A DNA stretch of 53,575 nt, from positions 1 to 53,575 of the forward strand of contig JACQVG010000117.1 of the NCBI GenBank assembly GCA_016209905.1, read 5' to 3'. The DNA comes from Gemmatimonadota bacterium. GTDB lineage: Bacteria; Gemmatimonadota; Gemmatimonadetes; Gemmatimonadales; JACORV01. How positions within the stretch are numbered: position 1 is the stretch's first letter; each line of letters starts with the position of its first letter. The notes under the pieces are model-generated. The model saw only the letters and a program-made list of their open reading frames with translations, was not told the origin of the DNA and did not search any database. The position numbers were made by a program, and so were the translations under genes. Positions 27,995 to 40,539 of the stretch are shown piece by piece.

Positions 27995-28501
27995 ATGGCC
28001 ATCGGGGTCAAGACGGTCAGCCGGCCGGCAGGCGATACCTCGTACGTGCGGGCCTCCCTGAAGGGTCTGTCGCTGACGTTCCGGCATCTGTTCCAGAAGA
28101 AATGGACGATGGAGTACCCGGAGCAGACGTCCGACGCGGAGTGGTCGCTCTCCAAGCGCTGGCGCGGCACGCACCGGATGGCGGTGGACGAGCACGGCAA
28201 GGCCAAGTGCGTCGCGTGCGGTCTCTGCCCGCAGGTGTGTCCGGCCAACTGCATCAAGCTCATTCCGGGGGAGGACGAGCAAGGCAACCGCTACCCGCTG
28301 GTATTCGAGATCGACGAGTTCCGCTGCATCTTCTGCGGCTACTGCCAGGAAGTCTGCCCCGAGGAGGCGATCCACGTCGGGGTTCACTACGAAAACGCCG
28401 AGTACACCAGGGACGGATTCGTGTACGACCTAGAGCGGCTGATGCGTCAGACGCACGAGGTTTCGACGCTCTGGGACCCCAGCGACCCAAGGGGACAGTA
28501 G
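27995..28501 (+). CDS. nuoI: NADH-quinone oxidoreductase subunit I
   Basis: ORF 27995..28501. Two 4Fe-4S ferredoxin motifs, [12 protein letters not shown] and [12 protein letters not shown]. Confidence 0.95.
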   Translation: MAIGVKTVSRPAGDTSYVRASLKGLSLTFRHLFQKKWTMEYPEQTSDAEWSLSKRWRGTHRMAVDEHGKAKCVACGLCPQVCPANCIKLIPGEDEQGNRYPLVFEIDEFRCIFCGYCQEVCPEEAIHVGVHYENAEYTRDGFVYDLERLMRQTHEVSTLWDPSDPRGQ

Positions 28502-28504
28502 CCG

Positions 28505-29020
28505 GTGCGCACGATCCTGTTCTGGATCTTCTCCGGCGTGGCCGTCGTCTCGGCGCTGCTGTGCATCACGCGCCGAAGCCCGGTGGCGAGCGCGCTCTGG
28601 CTCGTGACCACGTTGTTCCACCTCGCCGCCCTCTACGTGCTGCTCGACGCGCACTTCATCGCCGCGGTGCAGGTCCTGGTCTACGCCGGCGCGATCATGG
28701 TGCTCTTCCTCTTCGTGATCATGCTGCTCAATCTCGGCCGGACGGGACCGGGCGACATGAAGGGCGCGTGGGGCCGGGTGGTCGCCGGAGTCGCCGGCTT
28801 CGTGCTGCTCGGGGAGCTGCTCGCCTTCCGGCTCGCCGCCCCCCCGGGCCGGCTGCGCCTGCCAGCCGGCGCCGTCGAGCACGCCGCGGAGGAGCAGGGC
28901 GCGGTGACGGCGATCGCGCGGCCGCTCTTCGAGGCGTACCTCGTGCCGTTCGAGATCACGTCGGTCATGCTGCTCGCCGCCATCGTCGGCGCCGTCGTCC
29001 TCGCCAAGCGCAAGCTCTGA
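28505..29020 (+). CDS. nuoJ: NADH-quinone oxidoreductase subunit J
   Basis: ORF 28505..29020 starting at GTG. Hydrophobic with NuoJ pattern ([41 protein letters not shown]). Position is between nuoI and nuoK. Confidence 0.88.
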   Translation: MRTILFWIFSGVAVVSALLCITRRSPVASALWLVTTLFHLAALYVLLDAHFIAAVQVLVYAGAIMVLFLFVIMLLNLGRTGPGDMKGAWGRVVAGVAGFVLLGELLAFRLAAPPGRLRLPAGAVEHAAEEQGAVTAIARPLFEAYLVPFEITSVMLLAAIVGAVVLAKRKL

Positions 29021-29022
29021 CC

Positions 29023-29315
29023 GTGCTGCTGGGCCCGGCGCTCGCCGTCTCGGCGATCCTGTTCTCGCTCGGTGTCGTCGGCGTCCTGCTCCGTCGCAAC
29101 GCCATCATCATCTTCATGTGCGTCGAGCTGATGCTCAACGCCGTGAACCTGACCTTCGTCGCCCTGTCGCAGCAGCTCGGGCTCGACGGCCAGGTGTTCG
29201 TGTTCTTCGTCATGACCGTGGCGGCGGCCGAAGCCGCCGTGGGCCTCGCGATCATCATCGCGCTGTACCGGCACCGCGACACCCTGAATCTCCAGCACAT
29301 CAATCTCCTGCGGGG

Positions 29316-29319
<4 letters not shown>
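29023..29319 (+). CDS. nuoK: NADH-quinone oxidoreductase subunit K
   Basis: Lies within ORF 28102..29319, starting at GTG 29023. 98 aa with 3 TM helices and conserved membrane Glu residues ([24 protein letters not shown]). Confidence 0.9.
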
Positions 29320-31292
<1,973 letters not shown>

Positions 31293-31297
31293 GCCCC

Positions 31298-32848
31298 GTG
31301 GAAACGTTCCTCGGGGACATCCACTACGCGCGCTGGGTGCTGTCGGCGCTGCTCGTCCTTCCCCTGGCCGGGGCCGCGCTGCTCGCGGCCGTCCCGGCGG
31401 CGGCGGCCAAGCGCGTCGCCCTGCTCGTCACCGTCGCGGAATTCATCGTCTCGGCGGGTCTGTGGTGGGCATACGACCCCGCCGGGCCGGCGATGCAGCT
31501 CACGGCCGCGGCGCCCTGGGTCCGGGAGTGGGGGATCGGGTACCGGGTCGGCATCGACGGGATCTCGCTGACCTTGGTCCTGCTCACCACCTTCTTGATG
31601 CCGCTGGCGGTGCTCGGGAGCTGGGCCGGCATCACGACCCGCGAACGGGCGTACTACGGGCTCCTGCTCGTGCTGACGACCGGGATGCTCGGCGTCTTCG
31701 TCGCGCTCGACCTCTTCCTCTTCTACGTGTTCTGGGAAGTCATGCTGATCCCGATGTATTTCGTCATCGGGGTCTGGGGCGGGTCCGGCCGGCTCTACGC
31801 CAGCATCAAGTTCTTCGTCTATACCATGCTGGGCTCGCTGCTTATGCTGGTCGCGATCCTGTATCTCTATTACGACGCGGGCCGCGCGGCGGGCGGGGCG
31901 TATTCGTTCTCGTACGACTTCGTCCTTCGGCACGCCGCGGTGCCGCTCCGCGCCCAGTTCTGGCTCTTCGGCGCGTTCTTCCTGGCGTTCGCGATCAAGG
32001 TGCCGATGGTGCCGTTCCACACCTGGCTGCCGGACGCGCACGTCGAGGCACCCACCGCCGGCTCGGTGATCCTGGCGGCCATCCTCCTCAAGATGGGCGC
32101 CTACGGCTTCATCCGGTTCGCCCTGCCGTTCTTCCCCTCCGTCGCCTTCCATCCGACCGTGAGCGCGGTCGTCATCGCGCTGGCGGTGGTCGGCATCGTC
32201 GATGGCGCCCTGGTGGCCATGGTGCAGCCCGACTTCAAGAAGCTGATCGCCTACTCGTCGGTCAGCCACCTCGGCTTCGTGGTGCTCGGCGTCTGGGCGC
32301 TGACCGTGGAGAGCGCGCAGGGAGCGGTGATGGTCATGATCAACCACGGCATTTCGACGGGCGCCCTCTTCTTCCTCGTGGGCATGCTCTACGAGCGGCG
32401 CCACTCGCGCCTGATCGCGGACTTCGGCGGCATCGCCAGAGTCGTTCCCGCCTACGCGGCCGCCTTGACCTTGGTGAGCCTGTCGTCCATCGGGCTCCCG
32501 GGCACGAACGGCTTCGTCGGAGAGTTCCTGGTGCTGCTCGGCACCTTCCGGACGCACCCGGCCGCCGCCGCCATCGCGACCACGGCGGTCGTGTTCGCCG
32601 CCGCGTACCTGCTCTGGGCGCTGCAGCGCATCATCTACCAGCCGCTCGACAAGCGGGAGAATGAGGCATTGCCCGACCTCGTGCCCCGAGAGTACGCGGT
32701 CCTGGTGCCGCTCATGGCGGTGATCGTCTGGCTCGGGCTCGCGCCGGCGCCCATCCTGCGCCGCACCGAGCCCTCCGTGAGGCATTTCATCGAGACCGTG
32801 CAGTCCCGCAGCGCGCCGCCGGCCGTGGCGGAAGCGGAGCCCCGCTAG
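31298..32848 (+). CDS. nuoM: NADH-quinone oxidoreductase subunit M
   Basis: This is the 3' part of track ORF 29774..32848, starting at GTG 31298. Motifs FYVFWEVMLIPMYFVIGVWGG and FAIKVPMVPFHTWLPDAHVEAPTAGSVILA. Confidence 0.94.
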   Translation: METFLGDIHYARWVLSALLVLPLAGAALLAAVPAAAAKRVALLVTVAEFIVSAGLWWAYDPAGPAMQLTAAAPWVREWGIGYRVGIDGISLTLVLLTTFLMPLAVLGSWAGITTRERAYYGLLLVLTTGMLGVFVALDLFLFYVFWEVMLIPMYFVIGVWGGSGRLYASIKFFVYTMLGSLLMLVAILYLYYDAGRAAGGAYSFSYDFVLRHAAVPLRAQFWLFGAFFLAFAIKVPMVPFHTWLPDAHVEAPTAGSVILAAILLKMGAYGFIRFALPFFPSVAFHPTVSAVVIALAVVGIVDGALVAMVQPDFKKLIAYSSVSHLGFVVLGVWALTVESAQGAVMVMINHGISTGALFFLVGMLYERRHSRLIADFGGIARVVPAYAAALTLVSLSSIGLPGTNGFVGEFLVLLGTFRTHPAAAAIATTAVVFAAAYLLWALQRIIYQPLDKRENEALPDLVPREYAVLVPLMAVIVWLGLAPAPILRRTEPSVRHFIETVQSRSAPPAVAEAEPR

Positions 32849-32850
32849 CG

Positions 32851-34371
32851 ATGCCGCTCGATCTCGAGCACGGACGCGACCTCACCCTTGCCCTCCTGCC
32901 GGAGCTCCTGCTCACGGCGTGGGCCGCTGCCCTGCTGCTTTACGCCGCCTGGCGGCACCGGGACTCAAGCGCGCAGCGTCGCGCGGGGTGGCTGTCGCTC
33001 TTCGGCATCGCGGCGTCGGCAGGCGCCGTTCTGTGGCTCTGGATCGGCGGTGCGCGGCTGGAGGGACCGGCGACCAGCGTCGCCGTGGACGCCTTCCGGT
33101 GGGCGGTGGACCTCATCATCCTGGTCGGCGCGGCCCTGACGGTGCTCCTCTCGGTGCACTACCTGGACCGGGAGGGGATTCGAGTCCCTGAGTACCACCC
33201 GCTGGTGCTGTTCGCTGCGGTCGGGATGATGCTGCTCGCCGGCGGCGCCGACCTCTTCGTGCTCTTTCTCGGGCTCGAGCTGATGTCGGTGTCGGTCTAC
33301 GTGCTCGCGGGGATCAACCGGAGGAACCCCGCCTCCGCCGAGGCGGCGCTCAAGTACTTCCTGCTCGGAGCTTTTGCGTCGGCGTTCCTGCTCTACGGCA
33401 TCGCGCTCACCTACGGAGCCACCGGCACCACCAAGCTCTCCCGGATCGGAGCCCAGATCTCGGCTCTGGGCATCGAGTCTCATCCGATGCTCGCGGCCGG
33501 CCTCGCGCTGCTGTTCGTGGGCTTCGGCTTCAAGGTGGCCGCCGTCCCGTTCCACATGTGGACGCCGGACGTGTACGACGGCGCGCCGACGCCCGTCACG
33601 GCCTTCATGGCGGCTTCGGTGAAGGCGGCGGCGTTCGCGGCGCTCGTGCGCCTGCTGCTCGAAGCCTTTGCGGCGCTCCAGCCCGGCTGGGACGGCGTGG
33701 TGTGGGGACTGGCCGCGATCACGATGGTGGTCGGCAACCTGATCGCGCTGGCCCAGCGGGCGGTCAAGCGGATGCTGGCGTACTCGAGCATCGCGCACGC
33801 GGGCTACCTGCTCACCGCGCTGGTCAGCGGCTCCCTGGCGGGTGCCGCGGCGTTCCTCTTCTACCTGCTTTTCTACACGCTCATGACCGTGGGCGCCTTC
33901 GCAGTGCTGATCGCCAAGGGCCGGTCCGGCGAGCGCGACGTCACCAGCGACGACCTCTCCGGGCTCGCCGAGTCGCACCCGCTCCTGGCGCTGACGATGA
34001 CCGTGTGCATGCTCTCCCTCCTCGGGTTTCCCGGCACGGCGGGCTTCATCGGCAAGTGGTACATTCTCACCTCCGCCACCGGCGCCGGGTACGCCGGACT
34101 GGCGGTGGTTCTCGTCCTCACGACCGTCGTGTCGGCGGGGTACTATCTTCCCATCGTCATGGCGATGTACATGAAACCGCGCCTGCACGAGATGGCGCAC
34201 GCGGATGTCGGGCTCCCGCGCGTCGTGCGCGGGATGCTCGTGGCGTTGGTCGTGGCGCTGCTGTTCTACGGCATCTGGCCGAATCAGCTTCTCACGCTCG
34301 CCCGGGAGGGCTCTCACGCGTTCCTGCCGCCGCACGTGACACCGGTCGCCGTCCCCTTCTCGCCCAACTAG
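32851..34371 (+). CDS. nuoN: NADH-quinone oxidoreductase subunit N
   Basis: ORF 32851..34371. Motifs LELMSVSVYVLAG, GFKVAAVPFHMWTPDVYDGAPTPVTAFMA and AYSSIAHAGY. Confidence 0.94.
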   Translation: MPLDLEHGRDLTLALLPELLLTAWAAALLLYAAWRHRDSSAQRRAGWLSLFGIAASAGAVLWLWIGGARLEGPATSVAVDAFRWAVDLIILVGAALTVLLSVHYLDREGIRVPEYHPLVLFAAVGMMLLAGGADLFVLFLGLELMSVSVYVLAGINRRNPASAEAALKYFLLGAFASAFLLYGIALTYGATGTTKLSRIGAQISALGIESHPMLAAGLALLFVGFGFKVAAVPFHMWTPDVYDGAPTPVTAFMAASVKAAAFAALVRLLLEAFAALQPGWDGVVWGLAAITMVVGNLIALAQRAVKRMLAYSSIAHAGYLLTALVSGSLAGAAAFLFYLLFYTLMTVGAFAVLIAKGRSGERDVTSDDLSGLAESHPLLALTMTVCMLSLLGFPGTAGFIGKWYILTSATGAGYAGLAVVLVLTTVVSAGYYLPIVMAMYMKPRLHEMAHADVGLPRVVRGMLVALVVALLFYGIWPNQLLTLAREGSHAFLPPHVTPVAVPFSPN

Positions 34372-34411
34372 AGTGACCCGGGGCCGTCCCCGGCCCCCGT
34401 CGGGTTCTCCC

Positions 34412-35794
34412 ATGCGCGTCGACCCTGTCATTTTCCGTCAGTACGACATTCGCGGCACCGTCGGAGCCGACCTGACACCCGAGGTGGCGCGCGCCATCGG
34501 ACTGGCGGTCGGCTCGGAAGTGCGCGAGCGGCTGGGACGGGTGCCCGTGATCGCGGTGGGGCGCGACAACAGACCCAGTGGCGATGCGCTTTCGGCGGCG
34601 CTGCTCGAGGGGCTCGTCGCCACGGGCACCCGGGTCCTCGCGGTCGGGCTGGTGCCCACGCCGACGCTCTACTTCGCCATTCATCACCTCGGAGCGGACG
34701 GGGGCGTCCAGGTGACGGGCTCGCACAATCCTCCCGAGTTCAATGGCTTCAAGATGGTGTTGGACGGGCTCCCCTTCGCGGGCGAGGATCTTCAGCGCCT
34801 CCGCAGCCGGATCGAGTCGGACCGCTTCAGCCGCGGCAGCGGGACCGTCGGGAGCCACGAGGTGCTCGAAGCCTATCGCCGCGAAGTCCTGCGGCGGGTA
34901 GGACTGCTGCCACGCGCCGTTCGCGTCGTCGTCGATTGCGGCAACGGGACGGCCAGCGTGGCGGCTCCGGAATTGCTGCGGGCGCTCGGCGCCGACGTGA
35001 TCGGGCTCTACTGCGAGTCCGACGGGATGTTCCCCAATCACCACCCCGATCCCACCGTCCTCGAGAACCTCGCGGACATGCGCGCCCTGGTGACCCGCGA
35101 GCGCGCGGAGCTGGGCATCGCCTTCGACGGTGACGGAGACCGCATCGGCGCCGTGGACGAGTGTGGCGAGGTGCTCTTCGGGGACCAGCTCCTCGTCCTG
35201 TTCGGCCGAGACCTGGTCCGCCGGCTGGGTGCCGGTCGAGAGGTCATCTTCGACGTCAAGTGCTCGGACGCGCTGCCGGAGGCTCTGGAGCGCGCGGGGG
35301 CGCGGGCCACGATGTGGATGACCGGGCACTCGCATATCAAGAAAAAGATGAAGGAGACTGGCGCGCCGCTGGCCGGGGAGATGAGCGGCCACATGTTTTT
35401 CGGGCCGCCCGACTACCTGGGCTTCGACGATGCCGTTTTCGCGGCGGCCCGACTCCTCAAGATCGTCGCTGAGAGCACCGGACCGGTGTCCGGACTGCTC
35501 GCGGATCTGTCCCGCTACGTGGCGACGCCGGAGATCCGTGTGGACTGCCCCGAGGAGCGCAAGGCCGCCGCGGTCGCGGCGTCCGCGCGGCACTTCAGCG
35601 CCCGGTATCCGACGATCACGATCGACGGCGTGCGCTGGCGCGCCGCCGACGGCTGGGGGCTGATTCGCGCTTCGAACACCCAACCCGTCCTGGTGCTGCG
35701 TTTTGAAGCGCGAAGCCCCGAGGGGCTGGCCCGCATCCGCGCCGAGGCGCTGGACGTGCTCGCGGCGGCGGGCGTGCGGGTCCGTCAGCCATGA
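34412..35794 (+). CDS. phosphomannomutase/phosphoglucomutase (alpha-D-phosphohexomutase family)
   Basis: Lies within ORF 34373..35794, starting at ATG 34412 (MRVDPVIFRQYDIRG). Has phosphoserine loop VTGSHNPPEFNGFK, metal loop FDGDGDR, and GEMSGH. Confidence 0.9.
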   Translation: MRVDPVIFRQYDIRGTVGADLTPEVARAIGLAVGSEVRERLGRVPVIAVGRDNRPSGDALSAALLEGLVATGTRVLAVGLVPTPTLYFAIHHLGADGGVQVTGSHNPPEFNGFKMVLDGLPFAGEDLQRLRSRIESDRFSRGSGTVGSHEVLEAYRREVLRRVGLLPRAVRVVVDCGNGTASVAAPELLRALGADVIGLYCESDGMFPNHHPDPTVLENLADMRALVTRERAELGIAFDGDGDRIGAVDECGEVLFGDQLLVLFGRDLVRRLGAGREVIFDVKCSDALPEALERAGARATMWMTGHSHIKKKMKETGAPLAGEMSGHMFFGPPDYLGFDDAVFAAARLLKIVAESTGPVSGLLADLSRYVATPEIRVDCPEERKAAAVAASARHFSARYPTITIDGVRWRAADGWGLIRASNTQPVLVLRFEARSPEGLARIRAEALDVLAAAGVRVRQP

Positions 35795-38439
35795 ACCGGC
35801 GCCGTGTGGCGGGCTTTGCCGTCGTGGGCGTTCTCGTCTTGCTCTTCGGGGGCAGATGGGTGGCGCTCCGGTATACCGAGCACGCCTGGTTCGCCGACCA
35901 GGGCCTCGCGGACCGCTACTGGTCGCTCCTGCTGCGCGCCCTGGGCTGGCAGCTCGGCACGCTGGCGGTCGCGACCGCGTGGTACTCCGCCCAAACACTT
36001 GCCGTTCATCGCTCCATCGGCTCGGTGCGACTCCCCAGGCACCTCGGTAATCTCGAGATCGCGGAGGAGGTGCCGCGAAGACTCCTCCGCGGGATCGCCG
36101 TGCTGATCGCCCTCCTCATCGGTGGCGTCACGGCGTACGGCTTCTCCGATCTCGACCACCTTGTGGCGCTGTACCGGCACGCCACGCCGCTGGGGCTCCC
36201 CGAGCCGGTTCTCGGGCGCGACGCGTCGTTCTACTTGACGCGCCTGCCACTGCTCGAGACGCTCCACCTGATGGCCTCCGTGACCGTCGCGCTGGCCGGC
36301 GTGCTGGCGGTGGGACTCTACGCGCTGACCGGCAGTCTGGCCTTCGAGCGCAGGCGGCTGCTGATCACCCCGCACGCGCGCACCCACGTCATCGTTCTCT
36401 TGAGCCTCCTGGCGTTGGTCATCGCCTGGGGATTCCACCTCGATGCGTACCAGCTGGTGGGCGGCGGCGGCCACAGCCAGGGCGCCCTCTCGGCCGTGGA
36501 CCGCTCCATCCGCATTCCGGCTTCCCGCGCGCTCGTCGTGATCGGGCTCGTGGTGGCGGTGGGAACGGTGCTCGCTCTGCGCTGGATGAGGCCGGGTCTC
36601 TTGTTCGGCTTCTGGGCCACGCTGGGTGTGGCGACCCTGCTCGGACGCGTCCTGGTGCCGGTTCTCACCGAGGCCGGGGGTGGGAGATCGAGTGCGGCGA
36701 TGACGCAGGCGGTCGCCAGCTACGCGGACGGCTACTCCCGGGCCGGGTTCGGCCTTCTCGACCTCCGCAGCGAGCCGCTGGCTGCCAAGGCCGACGTGCC
36801 GGAAGACAGCGTCGAAGCCCTCGGGATGACGCTGGCGGGCCTGTCGCCGTGGAGCGGGGAGCCCGGGCTCCTCGACGCCGCGATCGCCGCGTCGAGCGGC
36901 GACAGCACGCCGGCCCGGGTCTGGGTGACGACGATCGACCGATACGATGACCCGGCGGGCACGCCCCGGTTGGTGGCCGTGGCGGTGCCCCAGACGGACC
37001 CGCTTCTGGCCGCGCGCACCGTGCCCCGGACCCGCTGGACAGAGCGGCATCGAGGCGCGCTCGCCTGGGGAGGGGATCCGGTCGCGGTGGACGCCGGGGC
37101 GCGGAGCGGGGCGCCGCGCTTCCTCTCCGCGCTGGCACCCGTGGATGGCGCACCGGTTCCCACCAGTGTGCGGCGCGCCCCGGGTCGCATTCGATTCCTT
37201 CCGCGGCCTGCTGAGCTCGGCGTCATCGGGCCGGACGAGGGAGCGGTCGGGGAACCGCCGCCCGGCCTGGGCCTGGGCGGTTTCGTGCGCCGACTCCTCT
37301 TCGCGTGGGCCCTCCAGGCTCCGCCGCTGCTCGACGAGCACACCAGCACTGCCGATCGCGTGCTCGTCTGGCGCGACATCCCGCAGCGTCTCGCGCGTCT
37401 CTTCCCGTTCGCCGCCTTCGACCCGCCGCGCCCCGCGCTCGTCGGCGAGCGCCTGCTCTGGATCGTGGACGGCTACCTGGCATCGGCCCGCTTCCCACTC
37501 GCGGAGCACGTCCGGTGGCAGGGCGATCTCGTCAACTTCCTCGCCGCACCGTACGTGGTCACGGTGGATGCGGTCAGCGGCGCGACGCGCCTGTACCTGA
37601 GGCCTCCCGAGCTGCGCTTCGCGGCAGCGGTCGCACGCGCGGAAGGCGTCAACCCGTTGCCAAGCGACAGCCTGAGCGCCGAGCTGCGGCGTCGCCTTCG
37701 GTATCCGACGGGCCTGTTCGGCGCCCAGGGGGCGGTGCTGGCCCGCCGAGGGGACGACCGGGAGCGCGGCGGTCCTCGGTGGGCGCTTGCGGCGAACGAC
37801 TCGGGGCTGGGGGTGGGGGACGCTGTGTCCCTGCGGCCGGCGGTGGCGCTCATGTCACTCGGGGCGGAGCCGCCGGCGCTGTGGCAACTCCTGCCGCTGA
37901 CCGACGCCGCCGGCAACCGACTCACGGCGATCGTCGCGGGCGCCGGAGCGGAGAACGGCACGCTCCGGCTTCGCCTCCTGCGCCTTCCGACGGCGGGCTT
38001 CCCGACGCCGTCGTCGGCCGCGGGACGTCTGGGATCGTCGGCGGCCGTTCTGGCCTCCGCGGCGACCGCTGCCGGGCCCGAGGGAGCGGTGCGCCGCGGC
38101 CCCGTCGTTCCGGTTCCGGCGGCGGGGACCGTGGCGTACACGCAGGTCCTCTACGCATCGCGAGACCGAACCGCCGAGCCGCTGCGTGTCAGAGGTTTCG
38201 CGCTGCTGGTAGGGGATCGCGTCGGAGTGGGGACCGACTTCGGCGGCGCCGCACGGGCGCTGTGGCGTGGCGAAGCGGCCGAGGGCCACGACGTGGCGAC
38301 GGCCTCCTCGCTGGCCGAGGCGCGGGTCGCCTTCATCGCCCTCGACTCCGCCGTGCGTCGCGCCGACTGGGGCGGGTTCGGCCGCGCCTACGCCGCGTTG
38401 CGGCGTGCGCTGGGCGTGGAGGGAGTGGAGCGACCTTGA
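35791..38439 (+). CDS. UPF0182 family large membrane protein
   Basis: ORF 35791..38439, 882 aa, in an ATGA overlap with the upstream stop. Has an N-terminal multi-TM region (..HAWFADQGL..) and C-terminal pieces YVVTVDAVSGATRLYL and RYPTGLFGAQ that resemble UPF0182. The assignment is from memory, not from a search. Confidence 0.6.
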   Translation: MNRRRVAGFAVVGVLVLLFGGRWVALRYTEHAWFADQGLADRYWSLLLRALGWQLGTLAVATAWYSAQTLAVHRSIGSVRLPRHLGNLEIAEEVPRRLLRGIAVLIALLIGGVTAYGFSDLDHLVALYRHATPLGLPEPVLGRDASFYLTRLPLLETLHLMASVTVALAGVLAVGLYALTGSLAFERRRLLITPHARTHVIVLLSLLALVIAWGFHLDAYQLVGGGGHSQGALSAVDRSIRIPASRALVVIGLVVAVGTVLALRWMRPGLLFGFWATLGVATLLGRVLVPVLTEAGGGRSSAAMTQAVASYADGYSRAGFGLLDLRSEPLAAKADVPEDSVEALGMTLAGLSPWSGEPGLLDAAIAASSGDSTPARVWVTTIDRYDDPAGTPRLVAVAVPQTDPLLAARTVPRTRWTERHRGALAWGGDPVAVDAGARSGAPRFLSALAPVDGAPVPTSVRRAPGRIRFLPRPAELGVIGPDEGAVGEPPPGLGLGGFVRRLLFAWALQAPPLLDEHTSTADRVLVWRDIPQRLARLFPFAAFDPPRPALVGERLLWIVDGYLASARFPLAEHVRWQGDLVNFLAAPYVVTVDAVSGATRLYLRPPELRFAAAVARAEGVNPLPSDSLSAELRRRLRYPTGLFGAQGAVLARRGDDRERGGPRWALAANDSGLGVGDAVSLRPAVALMSLGAEPPALWQLLPLTDAAGNRLTAIVAGAGAENGTLRLRLLRLPTAGFPTPSSAAGRLGSSAAVLASAATAAGPEGAVRRGPVVPVPAAGTVAYTQVLYASRDRTAEPLRVRGFALLVGDRVGVGTDFGGAARALWRGEAAEGHDVATASSLAEARVAFIALDSAVRRADWGGFGRAYAALRRALGVEGVERP

Positions 38440-38524
38440 ACGGCACCCGATGCGACTCTACCTTGCGCCGCCCGGTTCTTTCCGACACCGCGGCGATGCG
38501 AACGACCTCGGCGCCCGAGGGCCG

Positions 38525-39673
38525 ATGAACCTGCACGAGTATCAAGCGCGGGCGCTGCTGAGCCGGGCCGGCATTCCAGTGCCGCCCAGCGAGGTGGCGT
38601 CCACCCCGTCGGAGGCGAAGCGGGCGGCGGAGCGTCTCGGCGCCAGCCGGCTGGTCGTCAAGGCGCAGGTGCACGCGGGCGGGCGCGGCAAGGCCGGCGG
38701 CGTAAAGCTTGCCGAGTCGCCGGAGCACGCCGCGCAGGTGGCGGCGCAGATCCTGGGGATGACCATCAATGGTCTCACCGTCCGCCGCGTGCTGATCTCG
38801 CCCGCCGCCGAGATCGAGAGCGAGGCGTATGCGGGCGTGATCGTGGACCGTGTCTCCCGCTCCCCGGTGCTTATGGTGAGCCCTGCCGGCGGCGTCGACA
38901 TCGAGGAGGTGGCCGCGACCACGCCGGAGAAGATCTTCCGGATCCGCGTGGACGTGCGCTTCGGTCTGCTGTCGCACCAGGCGCTCGGCCTGGCGCTCAA
39001 GCTCTTCGACGACGTCGAGATCGCCCGGTCGGCGGCCGACATCCTCCGCAAGCTCTATCGCGCCTTCCTCGACGCCGGGGCGTCGCTGGCCGAGATCAAT
39101 CCGCTGGTGCGAACCCCGCGCGGCGAGGTGGTCGCCCTCGACGCCAAGATCGTGGTGGACGACAACGAGCTGGAGCGCCGTCCGGAGATCGCCGCGCTTC
39201 GCGATCCGGCTGCGGAGGAGCCGTCCGAGGTCGAGGCGCGCGAAGCGAACCTCACCTACATCAAGCTTGACGGCGAGGTGGGCTGCGTGGTGAACGGCGC
39301 CGGCCTGGCTATGGCGACGATGGACCTCGTCAAGTACTACGGGGGCGAGCCGGCCAACTTTCTCGATATCGGCGGCTCCTCCAGCCCCGAGAAAGTGATC
39401 GGTGCCCTTCGGATCATCACCGCCGATCCGCACGTCAAGGCGATCCTCTTCAACATCTTCGGCGGCATCACCCGTTGCGACGACGTGGCCAACGGCATCG
39501 TCGCCGCCACGCGGCAGTTCCGCGTCGAGCGGCCCATCGTGATTCGGTTGACAGGAACCAACGAGGACAAGGCGTTGGAGATCCTCTCGGGGGTCGGGAT
39601 GCGGGCGCTCACGGACATGGATGCGGCGGTGCGCCAGGCGGTGGCCCTGTCGCGGGCCGGCACGGGCGCATGA
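38525..39673 (+). CDS. sucC: succinate--CoA ligase (ADP-forming) subunit beta
   Basis: Lies within ORF 38267..39673, starting at ATG 38525 ([12 protein letters not shown]). Motifs [18 protein letters not shown] and [10 protein letters not shown]. Confidence 0.95.
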   Translation: MNLHEYQARALLSRAGIPVPPSEVASTPSEAKRAAERLGASRLVVKAQVHAGGRGKAGGVKLAESPEHAAQVAAQILGMTINGLTVRRVLISPAAEIESEAYAGVIVDRVSRSPVLMVSPAGGVDIEEVAATTPEKIFRIRVDVRFGLLSHQALGLALKLFDDVEIARSAADILRKLYRAFLDAGASLAEINPLVRTPRGEVVALDAKIVVDDNELERRPEIAALRDPAAEEPSEVEAREANLTYIKLDGEVGCVVNGAGLAMATMDLVKYYGGEPANFLDIGGSSSPEKVIGALRIITADPHVKAILFNIFGGITRCDDVANGIVAATRQFRVERPIVIRLTGTNEDKALEILSGVGMRALTDMDAAVRQAVALSRAGTGA

Positions 39674-40539
39674 GCGTATTCGTGGACGCATCGACCCGGC
39701 TCGTGGTGCAGGGGATCACCGGTCGCGATGGGGCGTTCCACGCCCGGCAGATGGTCGCCTACGGCACGCGGGTGGTGGCGGGGGTGACGCCCGGCAAGGG
39801 CGGGCAGGAGTTCGACGGCGCGGTCCCCGTCTTCGACACCGTTGTGGAGGCGATCGCCGCGACCGGCGCGAACACGTCCGTCATCTACGTCCCGGCTCGA
39901 TTCGCGGCGGACGCCGTCTTCGAGGCCGCGGAGGCGGGAATCCGCTGCATCGTCTGCATCACCGAGGGGATCCCGGTACTGGAGATGACACGCGTCTATG
40001 CCTACGTGAAGGAGCATGGCGCGCGGCTCATCGGACCGAACTGCCCGGGACTCATCACCCCCGGCGCGGCGAAGGTCGGGATCATCCCCGGCCAGATCTG
40101 CAGTCCGGGGCCGGTCGGAGTCGTATCGCGCTCGGGCACCCTCACCTACGAAGTCGTGTATCAGCTTACGCGCGCCGGCATCGGGCAGAGCACGTGCGTC
40201 GGCATCGGCGGCGATCCGATCGTCGGCACGAGCTTCATCGACTGTCTGGCGGCCTTCCAGGAGGACCCGGCAACCACGGCGGTGGTGATGATCGGCGAGA
40301 TCGGCGGCACCGACGAGCAGCAGGCCGCGAAGTTTGTCGCCACCCGGATGAGCAAGCCCGTGGTAGGGTTCGTCGCCGGCCGGACGGCGCCGCCCGGAAG
40401 GCGCATGGGGCATGCCGGCGCCATCATTTCGGGCTCGGAGGGGACGGCGGTCGAAAAAATCGCCGCTTTCGAGGACGCGGGCATCGGTGTGATGCAGCGA
40501 CCGGCGGACGTCGTCCCTCTCCTCGAGGCTCGGCTGTGA
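39670..40539 (+). CDS. sucD: succinate--CoA ligase subunit alpha
   Basis: Lies within ORF 39475..40539. ATG 39670 forms an ATGA overlap. Motifs [21 protein letters not shown] and [10 protein letters not shown] (phospho-His). Confidence 0.95.
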   Translation: MSVFVDASTRLVVQGITGRDGAFHARQMVAYGTRVVAGVTPGKGGQEFDGAVPVFDTVVEAIAATGANTSVIYVPARFAADAVFEAAEAGIRCIVCITEGIPVLEMTRVYAYVKEHGARLIGPNCPGLITPGAAKVGIIPGQICSPGPVGVVSRSGTLTYEVVYQLTRAGIGQSTCVGIGGDPIVGTSFIDCLAAFQEDPATTAVVMIGEIGGTDEQQAAKFVATRMSKPVVGFVAGRTAPPGRRMGHAGAIISGSEGTAVEKIAAFEDAGIGVMQRPADVVPLLEARL

